Origin: Octopus vulgaris
Lineage: Eukaryota
Direction: 5' to 3'
Assembly (NCBI GenBank): GCA_951406725.2
Contig: OX597817.1
Span: 28,210,001-28,274,000, forward strand
Length of the DNA stretch: 64,000 nt
Part shown: one piece after another, positions 1-14,137 of the stretch
How the letters are laid out: each line of letters begins with the position of its first letter
How positions within the stretch are numbered: position 1 is the first letter of the stretch
Position numbers and translations under genes: made by a program
Notes under the pieces: generated by a model
What the model saw: the letters and a program-made list of their open reading frames with translations, nothing else
Databases searched by the model: none
Told to the model about the DNA's origin: nothing

Positions 1-217
1 AGCATACATAGGTATGTGCTGATCATATAATTCATATATCTCTTTTCAAGCGGTAAACTGTTTTTAGAAGGAACAGAATATCATAGAATCTTCGGTAGAC
101 GATGTTAATGAATAAATAAAGTTGTTATAACTCAAGATTGAATATATACGTTTTATTAAAGGTGTATGTATCCTACTTAATGTTCCTATAAGATATGTAT
201 GTGTATATACATACATA

Positions 218-278
<61 letters not shown>
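218..278. repeat. (TG)n microsatellite
   Basis: Pure TG run. Confidence 0.95.
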
Positions 279-280
<2 letters not shown>

Positions 281-920
281 TATGAATGGGAAGAGAGATG
301 TGGAAGATAGGCTGCAATTAAATGCGTTTGAAATGGAATAGAAGCAATTGTTCAGATGTCGCAATATGGCGGCTATCTTTAAGAAATGGAAAAACAAACA
401 AAACTATAATTCTGGATCTGTTGTAAAAAGCTGTCAAAATTCACTTTATTCATTTAGAAAGAAATGTCTTATCAAGTTCGTGAATGCAGCTAGCTGAGAA
501 TCACTAATTTTATTTTCATATGGTTGCGTGAAACCGATTAAGCACCAACTATTTCCAATAGTTCCAGGGTTAAAATGTGATATCTGATAGAGAAAATAAT
601 ACATACAGGAATCTTTATATCTCTGCTTCTTTGTGAAGTCATCTAAACGAAATGAAGAATTAATTTTTTTTTACTCTTTTTTATGTTCAAAGTTTGAAAG
701 TGACATAATGTAGATTTTTACTTATGAAAAATCTGTATCCGGACTGGTTGCAGTATATGTATATGGGAGACTACACTAAAGTGGTTTTAAACTCTTCCTT
801 TGACCATCCCTATTTTGATGTTATGCTCTAAAAGGATATAGATGTTATGTCACATGCGTGATGTGCTTATTTAGATATACATAAACGCCCGAATGCCATA
901 CAAGCATACATACAGCTTTA

Positions 921-921
921 C

Positions 922-981
<60 letters not shown>
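921..981. repeat. (TA)n microsatellite
   Basis: Near-pure TA run. Confidence 0.95.
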
Positions 982-984
<3 letters not shown>

Positions 985-1200
985 TTACATATATGCACAT
1001 AGAAGAATGTCTCTAAACTCCGCCTTATAATACAAGCATAAATGCATACTGAATGTTCAACTATGTTTTATATCTCTGTATTGGATATATAATATAATGA
1101 ACCAGGGAGGAAGAAAGTATGTACACGACGTACTACTGTTACTATTACAGAAGAGTCGAAGCTCTATATCAAAGACTCAGTGAACTGCTACCAACAAGAT

Positions 1201-1603
1201 GATTCTTTATTTTGGCACTACGCCCATAACACAAAGAGGACAGCACCAGGACAGACAGGGCACTACAGTGGGGACATAAAACACATAACGAACGAATGAA
1301 GGATGAATTATAATAATGGGGATCAAATGGTTGCAAGCTCCACACTCGCAGGCAGTATCATTTTAAATGCTTTATTTATGTTTTTATATCTTTTTTCCTT
1401 TCTTCTCTTTTTCCCTTTTTGTATCAGTTTTATAGTCATTAAAATTCTAAACATTTACTAACTATTTTTCTTTTTTCTTATTTTTTTCCTCTTTTTTCAT
1501 CATTTTATGTACGGTATTAGGTCCTCATAATCTATTACAGGCGGCAAGTCATCAAACTCCACGCGTACTCCTGCTGGGTCTATCTTATTTCCGAATAATT
1601 TTC
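1201..1603 (-). mobile_element. 3' end of a non-LTR element (probably Tx1/L1-like): short ORF tail plus 3' UTR
   Basis: Minus strand reads LRKLFGNKIDPAGVRVEFDDLPPVIDYEDLIPYIK*, then an A-rich tract and the terminal TGTCTGTCCTGGTGCTGTCCTCTTTGTGTTATGGGCGTAGTGCCAAAATAAAGAA, which resembles the 3' end at 53260-53313. Confidence 0.5.
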
Positions 1604-3468
1604 TCAGCCTGTGTCATCTTTGGGGTGGAGTCTCCCATATCTACTTAGCAACTGCCTTGTCTTTCTGTTTAAGCTATTTACTTCGTCTACTGTCCATGCG
1701 ATTACCCCTGCTCCATATCTAAGGAGTGAAACAGCCCAGGTATTGATAGCTTCGATCTTATTCCGTCCGTTTAATTTCGACTTAAGGATCAGTCTCAATC
1801 TTTGCAAGTACTCCACCTTAAATTCTTCTGTCATTTCTTTCTTCATCAATTTTCCATTTCAAAAATCCCCAAGTACTTATAGCCCGTCTCTTCTATCTGC
1901 TTCATAACCTCCCCCGACGGTGTCGCTAGCCCGCCCATACATTTGATTTTGCTTCTCTTCAAGTCTAACACACCACACTTTCTCAGTCCGAACTCCATTC
2001 TGATATCAGCACTGAAGGTATACACCGTATCAACGAGGGACCTGACTTAGGCTTCATCTTTACCATAAAGTTTGATATCATCCATGAATAAAATGGTAAA
2101 TTTTTTTGTTGGCGGCTTTTGAATACACACCCAGCTTTTGCTTTCCTCAGTATCAGTGTTAGTGATATCAAGCTCAGTACAAAGATCAATGGGGACAGAC
2201 AGTCCCCTTGGAAGATACCCCTCCTGATTTCTATGGTCCTAAACGTCTTCTGTATGCTGTGAGGTCCGTCCTCCAATTCGCCATATTTTTTCCAAGCAAT
2301 CGCTCAACATTCGATGCAATACCAAATAGGCTCATACACTTCATAATCCAAGAACGTGGGATCATCTCGCACGCCTTACAATAGTCGATCTATGATATTG
2401 CTAAGTTACTTCTCCGCCTCTTGCAACCTCTAAGTACAGTTTTGTCTATCAGGAGTTGATCCTTGGTACCTCTGCACTTACGCTTGCAACCCTTCTGCTC
2501 ATGTGGCAGAACTCCATTTTTTCCAGATGTTCGTACATTGATTCTGCGAGTATTCCAGTCAATAATTCCACATAAGTGGCAAACAGGATATCACCTTGTA
2601 ATTGTCTACGGTATTGCCTTTTTCGATGTTTTTCAAGCACAGCACTATCCTACCCAATGTCAACCATTCTGGTATTACTTGGTCGGCATCTAACAAGGTA
2701 ATGAGTTGCGCAACTATTCGTGCATGACATTCACCAAATCTTTTGATCCAGTCGCCTTGAACTCCATCTAGTCCCTGGGCCTTCCAGTTGCTCATCGTTT
2801 TGCTGATTTCCTTCACTTCCCTAACTGAAATGACATGTTTTGGACAGACTATTGTTTGTTTCAGTTCTTGCAACCACTCAGCATTCTTCTTGTACTCCTT
2901 GTCTTTGCTTCAGATGTCACTCCAAAATCTTCGACATTCATTGTTATCTGGTATCAGCTTTTCATTTGTATACTCTCTTTATAGAATATTTATAGAATCA
3001 CTTCTTTATAGATCTACTCTATCTATCTACTCTGATCTACTCTGAATAACCTATTCTGGTGGTAACCCTTCATTCTTTGGTCGTATCTTACCATCTTTGC
3101 TTTCTATGCAACGTGGCGCTGCTTCAGTTCCTCCATTACCATTTTCAGGCCATTTCTTTCAATATATTATACTTCCTTTTCAGTGCCCTGTATTTTTGTT
3201 CGCTTTTAAGACCCCCTTTCTCTTTTCGATCTAACACAGAGATTTCCTTCTAGAGCATATCTCATCCTGTCTGTATTCTTCTTTACCAGCATGGGTATTT
3301 TCTTTTATCACTCCCATTGTATTTCTTTTTCGTGACATCAACACCCACATTTTCTGCTACAACAATACTTGCTGCCTTGATCAAATTATTTGTTTCTGTG
3401 ATATTGTTTGTTCTGATGTATTTCAGAATATCATTGACATTTTTCCTTTCTTGATTCACCTGCTCCTT

Positions 3469-3470
<2 letters not shown>
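1604..3470 (-). mobile_element. R4/Dong-like non-LTR retrotransposon, frameshifted reverse transcriptase remnant
   Basis: RT motifs across frames: [53 protein letters not shown] (2071-2091), SKLNGRNKIEAINTWAVSLLRYGAG; abuts (TTA)n at about 3471. Confidence 0.9.
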
Positions 3471-3527
<57 letters not shown>

Positions 3528-3563
3528 GTTATTGTTATTATTATTATTGTTATTATTATTATT
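3471..3563. repeat. (TTA)n microsatellite, one of about 10 such tracts in 3.4-9.6 kb
   Basis: Direct observation. Confidence 0.95.
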
Positions 3564-4046
3564 ATCATCATCACTGATATCACTTGTATTATCGTTTGGG
3601 CCTCAGATTCCTGTGCTATAGTAGTAGTTGTAGTAGTATTTGTAGTATTAGCAGATGTAGCGTATTACCATTATTTTAATTTTTAGCATTATCCCCATCA
3701 CCACCACTACCACTGTTATTATCATTATTAATATTTCCATTTATTATTAAAAGATTTTGTTAAATGTTCTTTATCTTCAACTTTTGTCTTGTACTTGAAA
3801 TAATCATAAATATGTGGTTGTTGAAAGAAACATTTGTGGGAGTAGCAGCTTGGTGAATAGTTCAAATTCTACAGGTCTATAAATAGATTCGGCAGTTGGT
3901 GGGGAGGTCAGCCATAGAGACAAAAGAATCTTCACACCCTTTGGGTCAGCAGAGGTCAAATGTGTGTACTACTACCAGCAACCACTGAAAGCGCTGACCT
4001 TGCCCTTGAGAAGAAGCAATTCAACCTGTTTTATTTGTTGTTGTTG

Positions 4047-4875
<829 letters not shown>

Positions 4876-5574
4876 GATGGCGTGTTTATTCGGGAGAACT
4901 AATGATACGACGAGGGTTTAACCTTCTTTCCTTCGCCGCAGTCGGTAGCAATCGAGTATAAGTCTTTGTTTTCTTTTTCTCGAACAGAAGAAAATGTCAA
5001 GAGGTCAACAATTTATCTTGTAAAATATTTCATATAGCTTTTTTCTTCTTTGCCTTCCAAATCTATGCTCCTACCCACATCTGAATTATTTCTTTGAGCA
5101 CGTTCTCCTTTATATTTGCAAATTACCTTAGACCATAAATTTTCTCTACACATAAGGAATGACAATGCAGCACTGACGGCGCCTAATAAAGCAAAAACAT
5201 GTGATGACAGCTCCCATATTTATCTCTGCAAAATGAATTAGACTGGCTTTTTTATTTTTTTGTATCTTCGTGAAAGAGATTTTATCTCTGAGCCATTATA
5301 TTCCCTTTGTCATTCGGAGTCGTTAATAATCGACATTAGATGTTTGTATACTTACTCTCTAATTGAGGATAATTCCACTAAATGAATACCTTATACTGCT
5401 AAGTATTTATGGTCCGGGTAACCCCAACAAAATAATATTGTATTTATTATATACTTCTTGTCTTTGCGGTCTACAAGCCTGCAGATTTCTCGATAACTCA
5501 TCATAGGTGTTCTCTTTTTCACTAATCTTCAACTTTCTATTAACATCCGCTGTTATGTGTGTGTGGATGGATGG

Positions 5575-5815
5575 ATGGATGTATGTATGTATGTATGTAT
5601 GTATGTATGTCTATATTGAGTTTATTTCAAGATGTCTTGTCAATACCTAAATCCAAGGTTCCTTCATTGAAATTTCAACATCACCAATGGTATTTTTGTT
5701 TTTATGCATGTATGTATGTATGTATGTATGTATGTATGTATGTATGTATGTATGTATGTATGTATGTATGCATGCATGCATGCATGTATGTATGTATGTA
5801 TGTATGTATGTATGC
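5575..5815. repeat. (TATG)n microsatellites
   Basis: Two tracts, direct observation. Confidence 0.9.
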
Positions 5816-5822
5816 ATTCATT

Positions 5823-6040
5823 TATTCTTTTATTTGCTTCAGTCATTTGACAGCGGCCATGCTGGAGCACCGCCTTTAGTCGAGCAAATCGACCCCAGGA
5901 CTTATACTTTGTAAGCCTAATACTTATTCTATCGGTCGCTCTTGCTGAACCGCTAAGTGACAGGGACGTAAACACACCAGCATCGGTTGTCAAGCGATGT
6001 TGGGGGGACAAACACAGACACACACACAAACATATACATA
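5823..6040 (-). mobile_element. SINE family B, 3' half
   Basis: Reverse complement of the family B body and tail (cf. 19470-19688). Confidence 0.85.
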
Positions 6041-6872
6041 CATATTGTTAAAGTTTTAAAGTTCTAAAGTTTTCTTGAGATGTTCGTCTGTCTGTCCAGT
6101 TGGAGAATACAGTAGGGCTTTTGCAATGAAAAGGATGTTTACATTTTCGAATATTCAGGGAGAGTAAAAAAGAAAAGAAAACAAGTTGTAGATAGTAAAG
6201 TTTTAAGATTTACTAAATATGATCTTTTGTATGACCACACAGAGTGAAACGCTTGTGTTTTCAGAATAAAAATGAAGATCGTTTGTGTGTTCGAAAGCTG
6301 TGGGTATGTAAATTTCCTAATTATTTTATTTTGCGGGAGAGTTAAAATATTCACAGGAAATTGTAGAAATTCCAGTCTTTGGAAATAGTAGGATGAAGAG
6401 ATGTGTTCACCTTGGATTTTTTGAATTTCTGAATTTCATTTTCTTTTTCTTTTGGAATTTTTCTTTTCTTTTTAAAAGTTTTGCTGTGGTTTACAGTTTT
6501 TGTAGTTGTGCGGTATGTATATATTGGCAGGGGCTTACTTCTTTAATTTTTTATCGTACATTTAATTGTGTTGTTACAATAAAAGGCATGTTTACATATT
6601 CTGTTAGTCATGGAAAAAATTAGAGAAATTAAAGTTTCTAAATTTGTTGAGGTGTTCGTTTGTATGTCCGTTCGGAGAAAACTGGTGTTTTTTTACAACA
6701 AGAAGGATGTTTACATTCTCGGATATTCAAGGGAAAAGGTTTTAAAGCTGATTGACTATGTGTTCGAAAGCTGTGGATATGTAAGTTCCGTAACTTATTT
6801 TGATGGAAATTCAAAATATTCACAGGAAACTAGATATTCCAGTCTTTTAAAATTATTATTATTATTATTATT

Positions 6873-7311
6873 ATTGAGTGAGAGAGCAGTGCATGCCTTC
6901 AAAGTGACACTGGGGTAAAATATACGAAGCCTAGTATACCCATCATGACCACCCGTCTGATAAGGGTACACCAGGCACAGCATCACAACTGTATGTGCGC
7001 GACATGATCATCTCATATCAAGATTACTACCGCATGACCTTGCAGGTGGAGGCCCAATTAGAATTTTTCTTCAGTTCGAGTGGCCCATCCCACTCACAAG
7101 GTCCCTGACTAAGGGTTGTTTAAGGATGTTGAACTAAACGACCATGTTTGCAGAGGTGAATTATCCACACCCCAAAGAATTCCTCACAACACATGACTAT
7201 GACGCTCCCCTACTACTTCTACTCGTGATACCAGGACAAAACAATATACATAATAACACTTCAGTCGATTAAGATGGGAAGCCATAAGAGCCACTGCCTG
7301 ATACTGCATCA

Positions 7312-7312
<1 letters not shown>
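6873..7312 (-). mobile_element. Non-coding (TAA)n-embedded repeat, copy 2, including putative 5' end
   Basis: Homologous to 4400-4750; flanked by TTA tracts on both sides. Confidence 0.85.
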
Positions 7313-7342
<30 letters not shown>

Positions 7343-7343
<1 letters not shown>

Positions 7344-8615
7344 TATGATTGGCTCTTGCTTTGTATTTGTACAAGTTGACTCCAAGTCTCACACAGAAAC
7401 CTCAGAAGCAAGTTAGAAGCTCAAGCTGGTGATATGACTACGGTGCCATATATTTGGTTTTGCACAGAGTATTGTTCTAGAGAATGTCTGTTGAAAACAT
7501 AACTAAATTAGAAGTTTGTTTTAATAGTAGTTTAATTACAACATGACAGTCTGATGACAGTAAAAGGTGTTTGCTGTTATGTACATTTAAAAGTACTTTG
7601 ACACTGTTTACGGATTTAAATATTTTGGGGATTACATATACAATATTTTACGTAGGATATGGGCAGTTCCCATGAGCACTATTATTTTATCTCTTCCAAT
7701 TTTGGATTTCCTGGTATCTGAGCTAAGCAGCAATCAGCCCTTTTGCTACTGTTCCTAAGGCACCTATGACCACAGGTATTGTTTTAGTGTTGAGGTTCCC
7801 TATTTTGCCAATTTCTATTTCAAGAACTTTATACTTGCTCAGTTTTTGGTAGGTCTTGGTAGATACATTTATGTCGATTGGGACAGTCCTATCAATGAGG
7901 AGGTATGATTTTTGTCTGAAGTCTTTCAATATAATGTATGGCTTATTTGCTTTTATCTTTCTGTCAGTTTGAACGGTGAAGTTCCAAAGGAGTAAGATGT
8001 AGTCATTTCCAAGCAGTGGCGGGGGTTTGTGTTCCCAGCAATTTTTATCATGGGGCAGGTCCAAGTCTTTGCAAATTACCCTGTGAATATACTGTGCTGC
8101 TCTATCATGTTTGTTGTGATACCCTCTAGGCGCAAGAAGACTACACATGGAGACAACATGATCAATGGTTTAATTTTGTTGTTTACATACCTATGTTGGC
8201 CTGGTAGCTTCTTGTAGGTAGGCATTGATCTTGGGCTGCTATGATAAACACTTCTGATTCCGATTTTAAGCCAGAAGATACTAATTATCGGCATTATTAG
8301 TACTCTTTGGGTATTTGCCACTGTGAGGTTTTTTCTTGCCCAGCAGTTTTAGCACGGGTTTTCACACACTTGGCTTTTTCTCTGCTTGTTTCCAGTACAT
8401 CTAATTATAGTCTTTGTTGTATTTGGAATTCGCTTAGATATTCCTTTGCCTGTTTTGTTACTGAGTATGATACTTTCTTGTTTTCATACTTTAAGACAAA
8501 TCTTAACATCCAGTCATCAGAATTTTTCAGGTTGGGGCTTAGGTTAAATGTGGCAATCTTCATTGTTAATTCCAGTTGTAAAAGTCCACAGCCACCCTCT
8601 TTCCTTGGCAGGCAT
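7343..8615 (-). mobile_element. R4/Dong-like retrotransposon 3' part (restriction-like endonuclease region and 3' UTR), decayed
   Basis: KHDRAAQYIHRVICK...WEHKP...LLWNFTVQTDRKIKANKPYII...LLIDRTVP...KLSKYKVLEIEI...TIPVVIGALG; TTA tracts at both ends. Confidence 0.9.
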
Positions 8616-8634
8616 TATGATGATAATAATAATA

Positions 8635-8687
<53 letters not shown>

Positions 8688-8777
8688 CTTTATTATTAGA
8701 GTGCCACATCATGATATGGCACTCTTCTATTTATTTGTGCATAACTTCTGGATGAGTTACCTCGGTCCTATATAGTC

Positions 8778-8820
<43 letters not shown>

Positions 8821-8821
<1 letters not shown>

Positions 8822-8925
8822 GAGTGAGAGAGCAGTGCATGCCATCAAAGTGACACTGGGGTAAAAAATACGAAGACCAATACACCTATCACGACAACCC
8901 GTCTGATAATGGTACACCAAGCAGA
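8821..8925 (-). mobile_element. Non-coding (TAA)n-embedded repeat, truncated copy 3
   Basis: TGAGTGAGAGAGCAGTGCATGCCATCAAAGTGACACTGGGG, as at 4400 and 6873. Confidence 0.85.
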
Positions 8926-9543
8926 TAAAAACTCACAGCTTATTTTGCTGGGTATGATGGAAAGTGTCAGCAGTCCACAGCTAGTAGACTAAGGTGACAC
9001 TTGTTTACTGATCGTGCTCAAGGAACCCTGTGGAGAACTCTTGCATTTCCAAGCAATGCTGATTTTTGTAGGTGTTATGCCTTCACACTTGCACCAATCT
9101 TTTTCAGCCATGTTGGTAGTTGAGTGCTGATACTTCCAAGTGTGCCAATTACTATTGGTATCACGTCTACTCTCCTCATTGACCACAACCTGAGCATTTC
9201 CTACTTCAAATCGTCATACTTGTTTATTTTTTCTTCTTCTTTCCTATCGATCCTGTTGTCACCGGGGCATACCATATCAATTATCATGCATGTTCTTTCT
9301 GTTTTTATTCACCACAACAATGTTCGGTTTCCGATGTATGGTCGAGGGATCACACTGAATCATTGCATCCCACAGGATTTTGCAATTCTCATTCTCGGTG
9401 ACTCCTTCTGGTGTTTGCTCATATCACGTCTTTGCACTTTGTAGGGCGTGATTTCCACAGAGGTCCCAATGGATCATTCTTGCCACATTGTCATGGTGTC
9501 TATTGCATTTGCGTTGCACCAATTTCGGGCTTTCGCTACCCGA
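8926..9543 (-). mobile_element. Further R4/Dong-like family, 3' part (RLE endonuclease)
   Basis: Minus strand: ARMIHWDLC...ENENCKILWDAMIQCD...IHRKPNIVVV...CMIIDMVCPGDNRIDRKEEEKINKYDDLK...VIPIVIGTLG. Confidence 0.85.
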
Positions 9544-9544
9544 A

Positions 9545-9604
<60 letters not shown>

Positions 9605-10434
9605 AAAGTTTATAACATATTTCTCATTAATTTTGTATGACCATTGATGCTTGTCATTAAACTTAATAGCAGATTTTTATGTTTTGTACTGACAAGAACA
9701 ACAACACTCCAACAGCTTCACCTTAAAAACACCTATTTTTGTACGCCCACGGAAGGGATTTTATCACATTTTTCGTCCTTTTACTACACCTCTTCAATCT
9801 TATGTCCATGATATATACAGCCCGTCAATGTCTTATTTTCGACTTTTATATTCTATATGTTGTCATTAATTTTGCTTATTTCCTATTTAATCTTATGAAT
9901 TTGATCATTTTCCAATTTACAACTTTAAAACTATTACTTACAGTTGGTTCGATTAATACATTAATACATAAAACAATGTGCGAGCACACGCCCGGTAAGC
10001 TAATAAAAATGTTGTCTTTCGTTTGTTTTCATTTTTGCTTTAATTTTTATGTTTTAATTTTTATAGTGTTCTTTACGGGTTGTGTATCTTGACTCATTCT
10101 AAAACGTTTATTGGCCTAATTTTTATTTCAGACTCTTTAAATGTCTAAACTTTATTTAACATTATATCGTGTGTATTTGTAATTGCTGTTGTGTTTTTTT
10201 TTATTCGCCAGCCCGCCCAGATCAGCCAGATATAATCAAATACATAACACTTGCAGTCATCCGTCGATTCTTTTCACAGGGTACCTACGATTACATCACA
10301 TTAGCGACGTTGTTTTTTTATGAAGATCGTAGTATGTGATATGAGGGAATTTTTGGCTGCTGTTTTAAGCAGGTCGATAAATCACTTAATGGTTCGCTCG
10401 GTGATCCGCTATTTTCTGATCCACTATTTTCTAA

Positions 10435-10665
10435 AGGCGGCGAGCTGGCAGAAACGTTAGCACGCCGGGCGAAATGCGTAGCTGTATTTCGTCTGCCGTT
10501 ACGTTCTGGGTTCAAATTCCGCCGAGGTCGACTTTGCGTTTCATCCTTACGGGGTCGATAACTTAAGTACCAGTTACGCACTGGGGTCGATGTAATCGAC
10601 TTAATCTGTTTGTCTGTCCTTGTTTGTCCTCTCTGTGTTTAGCGCCTTGTGGGTAGTAAAGATAT
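10435..10665 (+). mobile_element. SINE family A (tRNA-like head, Nin/Deu-type core)
   Basis: GGCGGCGAGCTGGCAGAAACG head, GTTCAAATTCC B box, TTTCATCCTTACGGGGTCGATAA...AGTACCAG core. Confidence 0.9.
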
Positions 10666-11499
10666 ATATTTTCTGAGTAGGTGTTTTGTCTAACACACGT
10701 AGTATGTTTCCTTTTGCTATGACTTCTGTTAGAATCCAGAAATGCTAACATACCCGTCACTCACAAGCGAGTATGACTTGGTAGCATGGTTTTGCCAAAT
10801 GTTTTAAGCACTTCAGTATTTGCGAGTCTTTCTCTTCTCCCTTAACCCAACCAGAACATTAAGGAGTAGATAGTAGGAGGTATAGAGGGCCCCACCTCCC
10901 TCAGCACTTGACTGGTACTCATTTTCAGTTACATAGACTGGAACAGCATGAAATGAAATGCCTAGCTCTCAAGGAAGAATCGAACCCACAAACTAACAAC
11001 CGTGAGCCCAATACGCTAACTATATGACATGCACCTTTATTACTCATTTACACTAAACACTATAAAAATATTATTTTACAAGTGAATTCACACCATTACA
11101 AATATCTTCTTCCAACCCTTATTTTATTCTGTTATGCGTTTCTTGATTAGAAGTTGGTACTTTGAGTCATAACTGACACCCCAACGTCTTCGTTGATTAT
11201 AATCTATCCAGCGATATATTAGTCACTTCTATGTGCACATTTATCCTGCGAGAAAGTATTCATGCCAGATTTTTATATGTATTTCATAAGCAGGTGAGAG
11301 ATTTCCAATTCTATAAGTCTTTACATTTCTCAAGATATAGGCTATTAGTATTTCATCTATTTTCCAACGTAGTTTTGTAATGATTAAAGTGTTCTGCACA
11401 ACCACACTTGTTGTTGCTTATGTGGCAGGGGTAGTATTATGTAGCATATTTTTCTTTTTGATGTCTTATTGATTCTCGTTGTACATGGTAATTATTATT

Positions 11500-11531
11500 A
11501 TTATTGTTAGTAGTAGTAATAATAATAATAA

Positions 11532-11577
<46 letters not shown>

Positions 11578-11690
11578 CTTGTTATTACTTTTATTTTTAT
11601 CTAGGCCTTGTGCCTATAGTAGAAATGATTATCATCGTCATTATTATTAGTAGTAGTAGTAGTAGAAGTAGTAGTAGTAGTAGTAGTGAC
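11500..11690. repeat. (TAG)n/(TAA)n microsatellites
   Basis: Direct observation. Confidence 0.9.
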
Positions 11691-11889
11691 TTGCGTAAAC
11701 ATGCGTGTTTGTTGAGGGTAGGGTGTTCTGCGACACGACTTTATTCAAGCATTACCAAATGTTAATTTCTTTGGAAAGCATTTCAGTTACCTGAGAACAG
11801 TCAACACCTGCCCCCCTACCAGTATTTTGACTAAAGATATTACAGACTTTATTTTGTTTTCTTACTCTTTCTGACCATATTTCATTGTT

Positions 11890-13380
11890 ATAAATGTCTA
11901 AGAAATATACCTATTGATAAAGAGCAAAATACTGCAACAAGAAACACGACCAAAGAAAAACAAAAACAAATTACGCTATAGAATAAACACAAAGAAGAAA
12001 ACAATGAACACTTCAAGGAACAATTAGAAAAGAAAAAAAATATATCGAACAGTCTAACAAGTAATTCTGAAGATAGGGAAAAGAGAAGGAACATGGGAAC
12101 AAATGTACCACAGGAACATTAACACAGAGACAAACAGCACGACACTAGCACAGAGGCAAACATTTTAATGAGTTCATATAGTAATTGTGATAAAGCTAAT
12201 ATTACCTCCATCGTGACACAAACATATATTGTTATATTTAACAGTTTCCAGAAAAGGAAGATGTGAGGATTTTGTTAAATCAAATCAATTCAATTCAATT
12301 TTTATTGGCTCAAAAAGCAAGAGCAAGGCCATGTAGGGGGACAGGGAGTTATGTACAGGGAGGGTGGTCATACAAAGAGTTCAGGTCATTTCTGGTCAAG
12401 AGAGACTTTGAACCGAGCAGTCGTCGGCATCTTCACTATCTCGTCCGGAAGCTTATTCCACGGATCTGCAACCAGGACGGAGAAAGCCCTTCTCCTTCGA
12501 TTGAGATGGAATCAGACAATGTATCTTTAATGCAGAATCTTATCCTAGAGAATTCAAAAGAAAAAAAAGATATCGGTTAAAAAGGATGGTGACAGTAACG
12601 AAATATCGACAAAGCGTCAACTAAATCAAACATTACATTAGATTTCGGAAGATATCCTGTCAATCAGAAGGGAGAAAATTAAGGAAGCGTTTACTGCACT
12701 TTGAAGAACGAAGACAGCAAAAAATTTAATTCACCTAAAGCAGAAATTGTTAGATATCCCTTGGTCTGTACACTTGAAACCCAGCATAAGGGGCAGAAAA
12801 GAAGGTTGACGATAATGAACATTGGAAACGACGTAGATCTATTGTTGGTGGTCACTTCTGTATCCATTAAGAAGGGGTGGTTAAAGCAGAGCTAATAAGT
12901 GACGATATACAGTCGGGGTTGAAAAGGCATTTACAAACTTCGAATTACTTTAGAATGGCAGGAATCCATTCTATAGCTGCGCTCAGTTGAGGACGCGAAG
13001 ACAAGCTATGAAGCTAATAGTACAGATGTTGCAGTAAAAAACTACTTCACAGTATTTAGCCCAGAACACCTGGAAAATCTCGTTACTGGGACAGTAACAA
13101 GATTTATAAGCGCCGATTCTAGAGTGCCATCAGTCAGAGCCCTAGAAATAGCAGAGGAGATGCCTCATGCTCGTTACTAGAAACAAGTGAACAAACAAAC
13201 TCGTCGTTTAACAGGAACAACCAGTAGTACCCTGCCCGCCATCTTAGTTCTGTAACGAGGAAGAGATAATGGCTGCAGAAGAAAGTTCCCAAACTATTTT
13301 GGAGGCAATGTAAAATGTATAATGAGAGAAAATTACAAAAATAGATAACATCGACAAAACAGGAGGAATTACAACCGTGT
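11890..13380 (+). mobile_element. Decayed A-rich coding-like remnant, possibly LINE ORF1, interrupted by the CR1 fragment
   Basis: A-rich composition with broken reading frames (e.g. 12701-12895); no diagnostic motif found. Confidence 0.3.
12283..12512 (-). mobile_element. CR1-type LINE 3' end
   Basis: HLNRRRRAFSVLVADPWNKLPDEIVKMPTTARFKVSLDQK plus 3' UTR and (AATTG)n tail; homologous to 52320-52557. Confidence 0.85.
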
Positions 13381-14137
13381 TTCATGGTCTGCTACCACAA
13401 CAGCTCCTTTATAGGATCCAGTTAGCTCAAGACATCATCAAGAGGAACCACGTCCGATTTCGGCCCCTACTCCACAACCGTTTTGACGTGCCCCCCCCCC
13501 CCACACACACACACTTTCGGAGGTGTCTTCAGCTCTGGTGTTGGGTGCATGTCTTCTTTCTTCGGTTCCCTGGCCTATTCGGTGTAGCGTCAACGAAATT
13601 TTTTTCCCTATAAAGAGTGAGGAGTGAATGGCTCCTCAGAACAACAATGATGCCCCACTGCAGAAAAATAATGAAGATGCAAAAGGGGATGATTAGCCGT
13701 CTTTTGGCGCCAAGCCGACAGTTAATACAAAATATCACACATTTAAGGTACCAAAGTGATGTAAAACTGAGGGAGGCGCAGTTGTCGCCAGTAACAGCCA
13801 ACGAAAACGCCAGATCCATTTTTGCCATTTTGGACCTTCCATACTTGACGTACGAAACATAAATGACTACTTTAATCTAATACTGTCTCAATTGCGTACA
13901 ACGGATTATTTTTCAGTCGAGAGTCTATTTGCAAAGCCTGTAAATGCGATTTCCTATGCGATTTCCTCCTACACGAATTCTAATCCAGGCATGTTGCTGT
14001 CTGCGAATACACATCATTGAAAAAGTTATAAAGTAATAAAACAAAATGCTTCAAGTGTTCTCGCTTGCCACTACTAGGACGATTTTTCCTATCCGATATT
14101 TATTGTTTTTAATATAGTACCTCCATAACAAGATTTT

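Noticed and set aside
13529-13862. Overlapping ORFs of 80-99 aa in higher-GC sequence
   Set aside because: No recognisable domain; adjacent to decayed retroelement sequence and probably part of a TE
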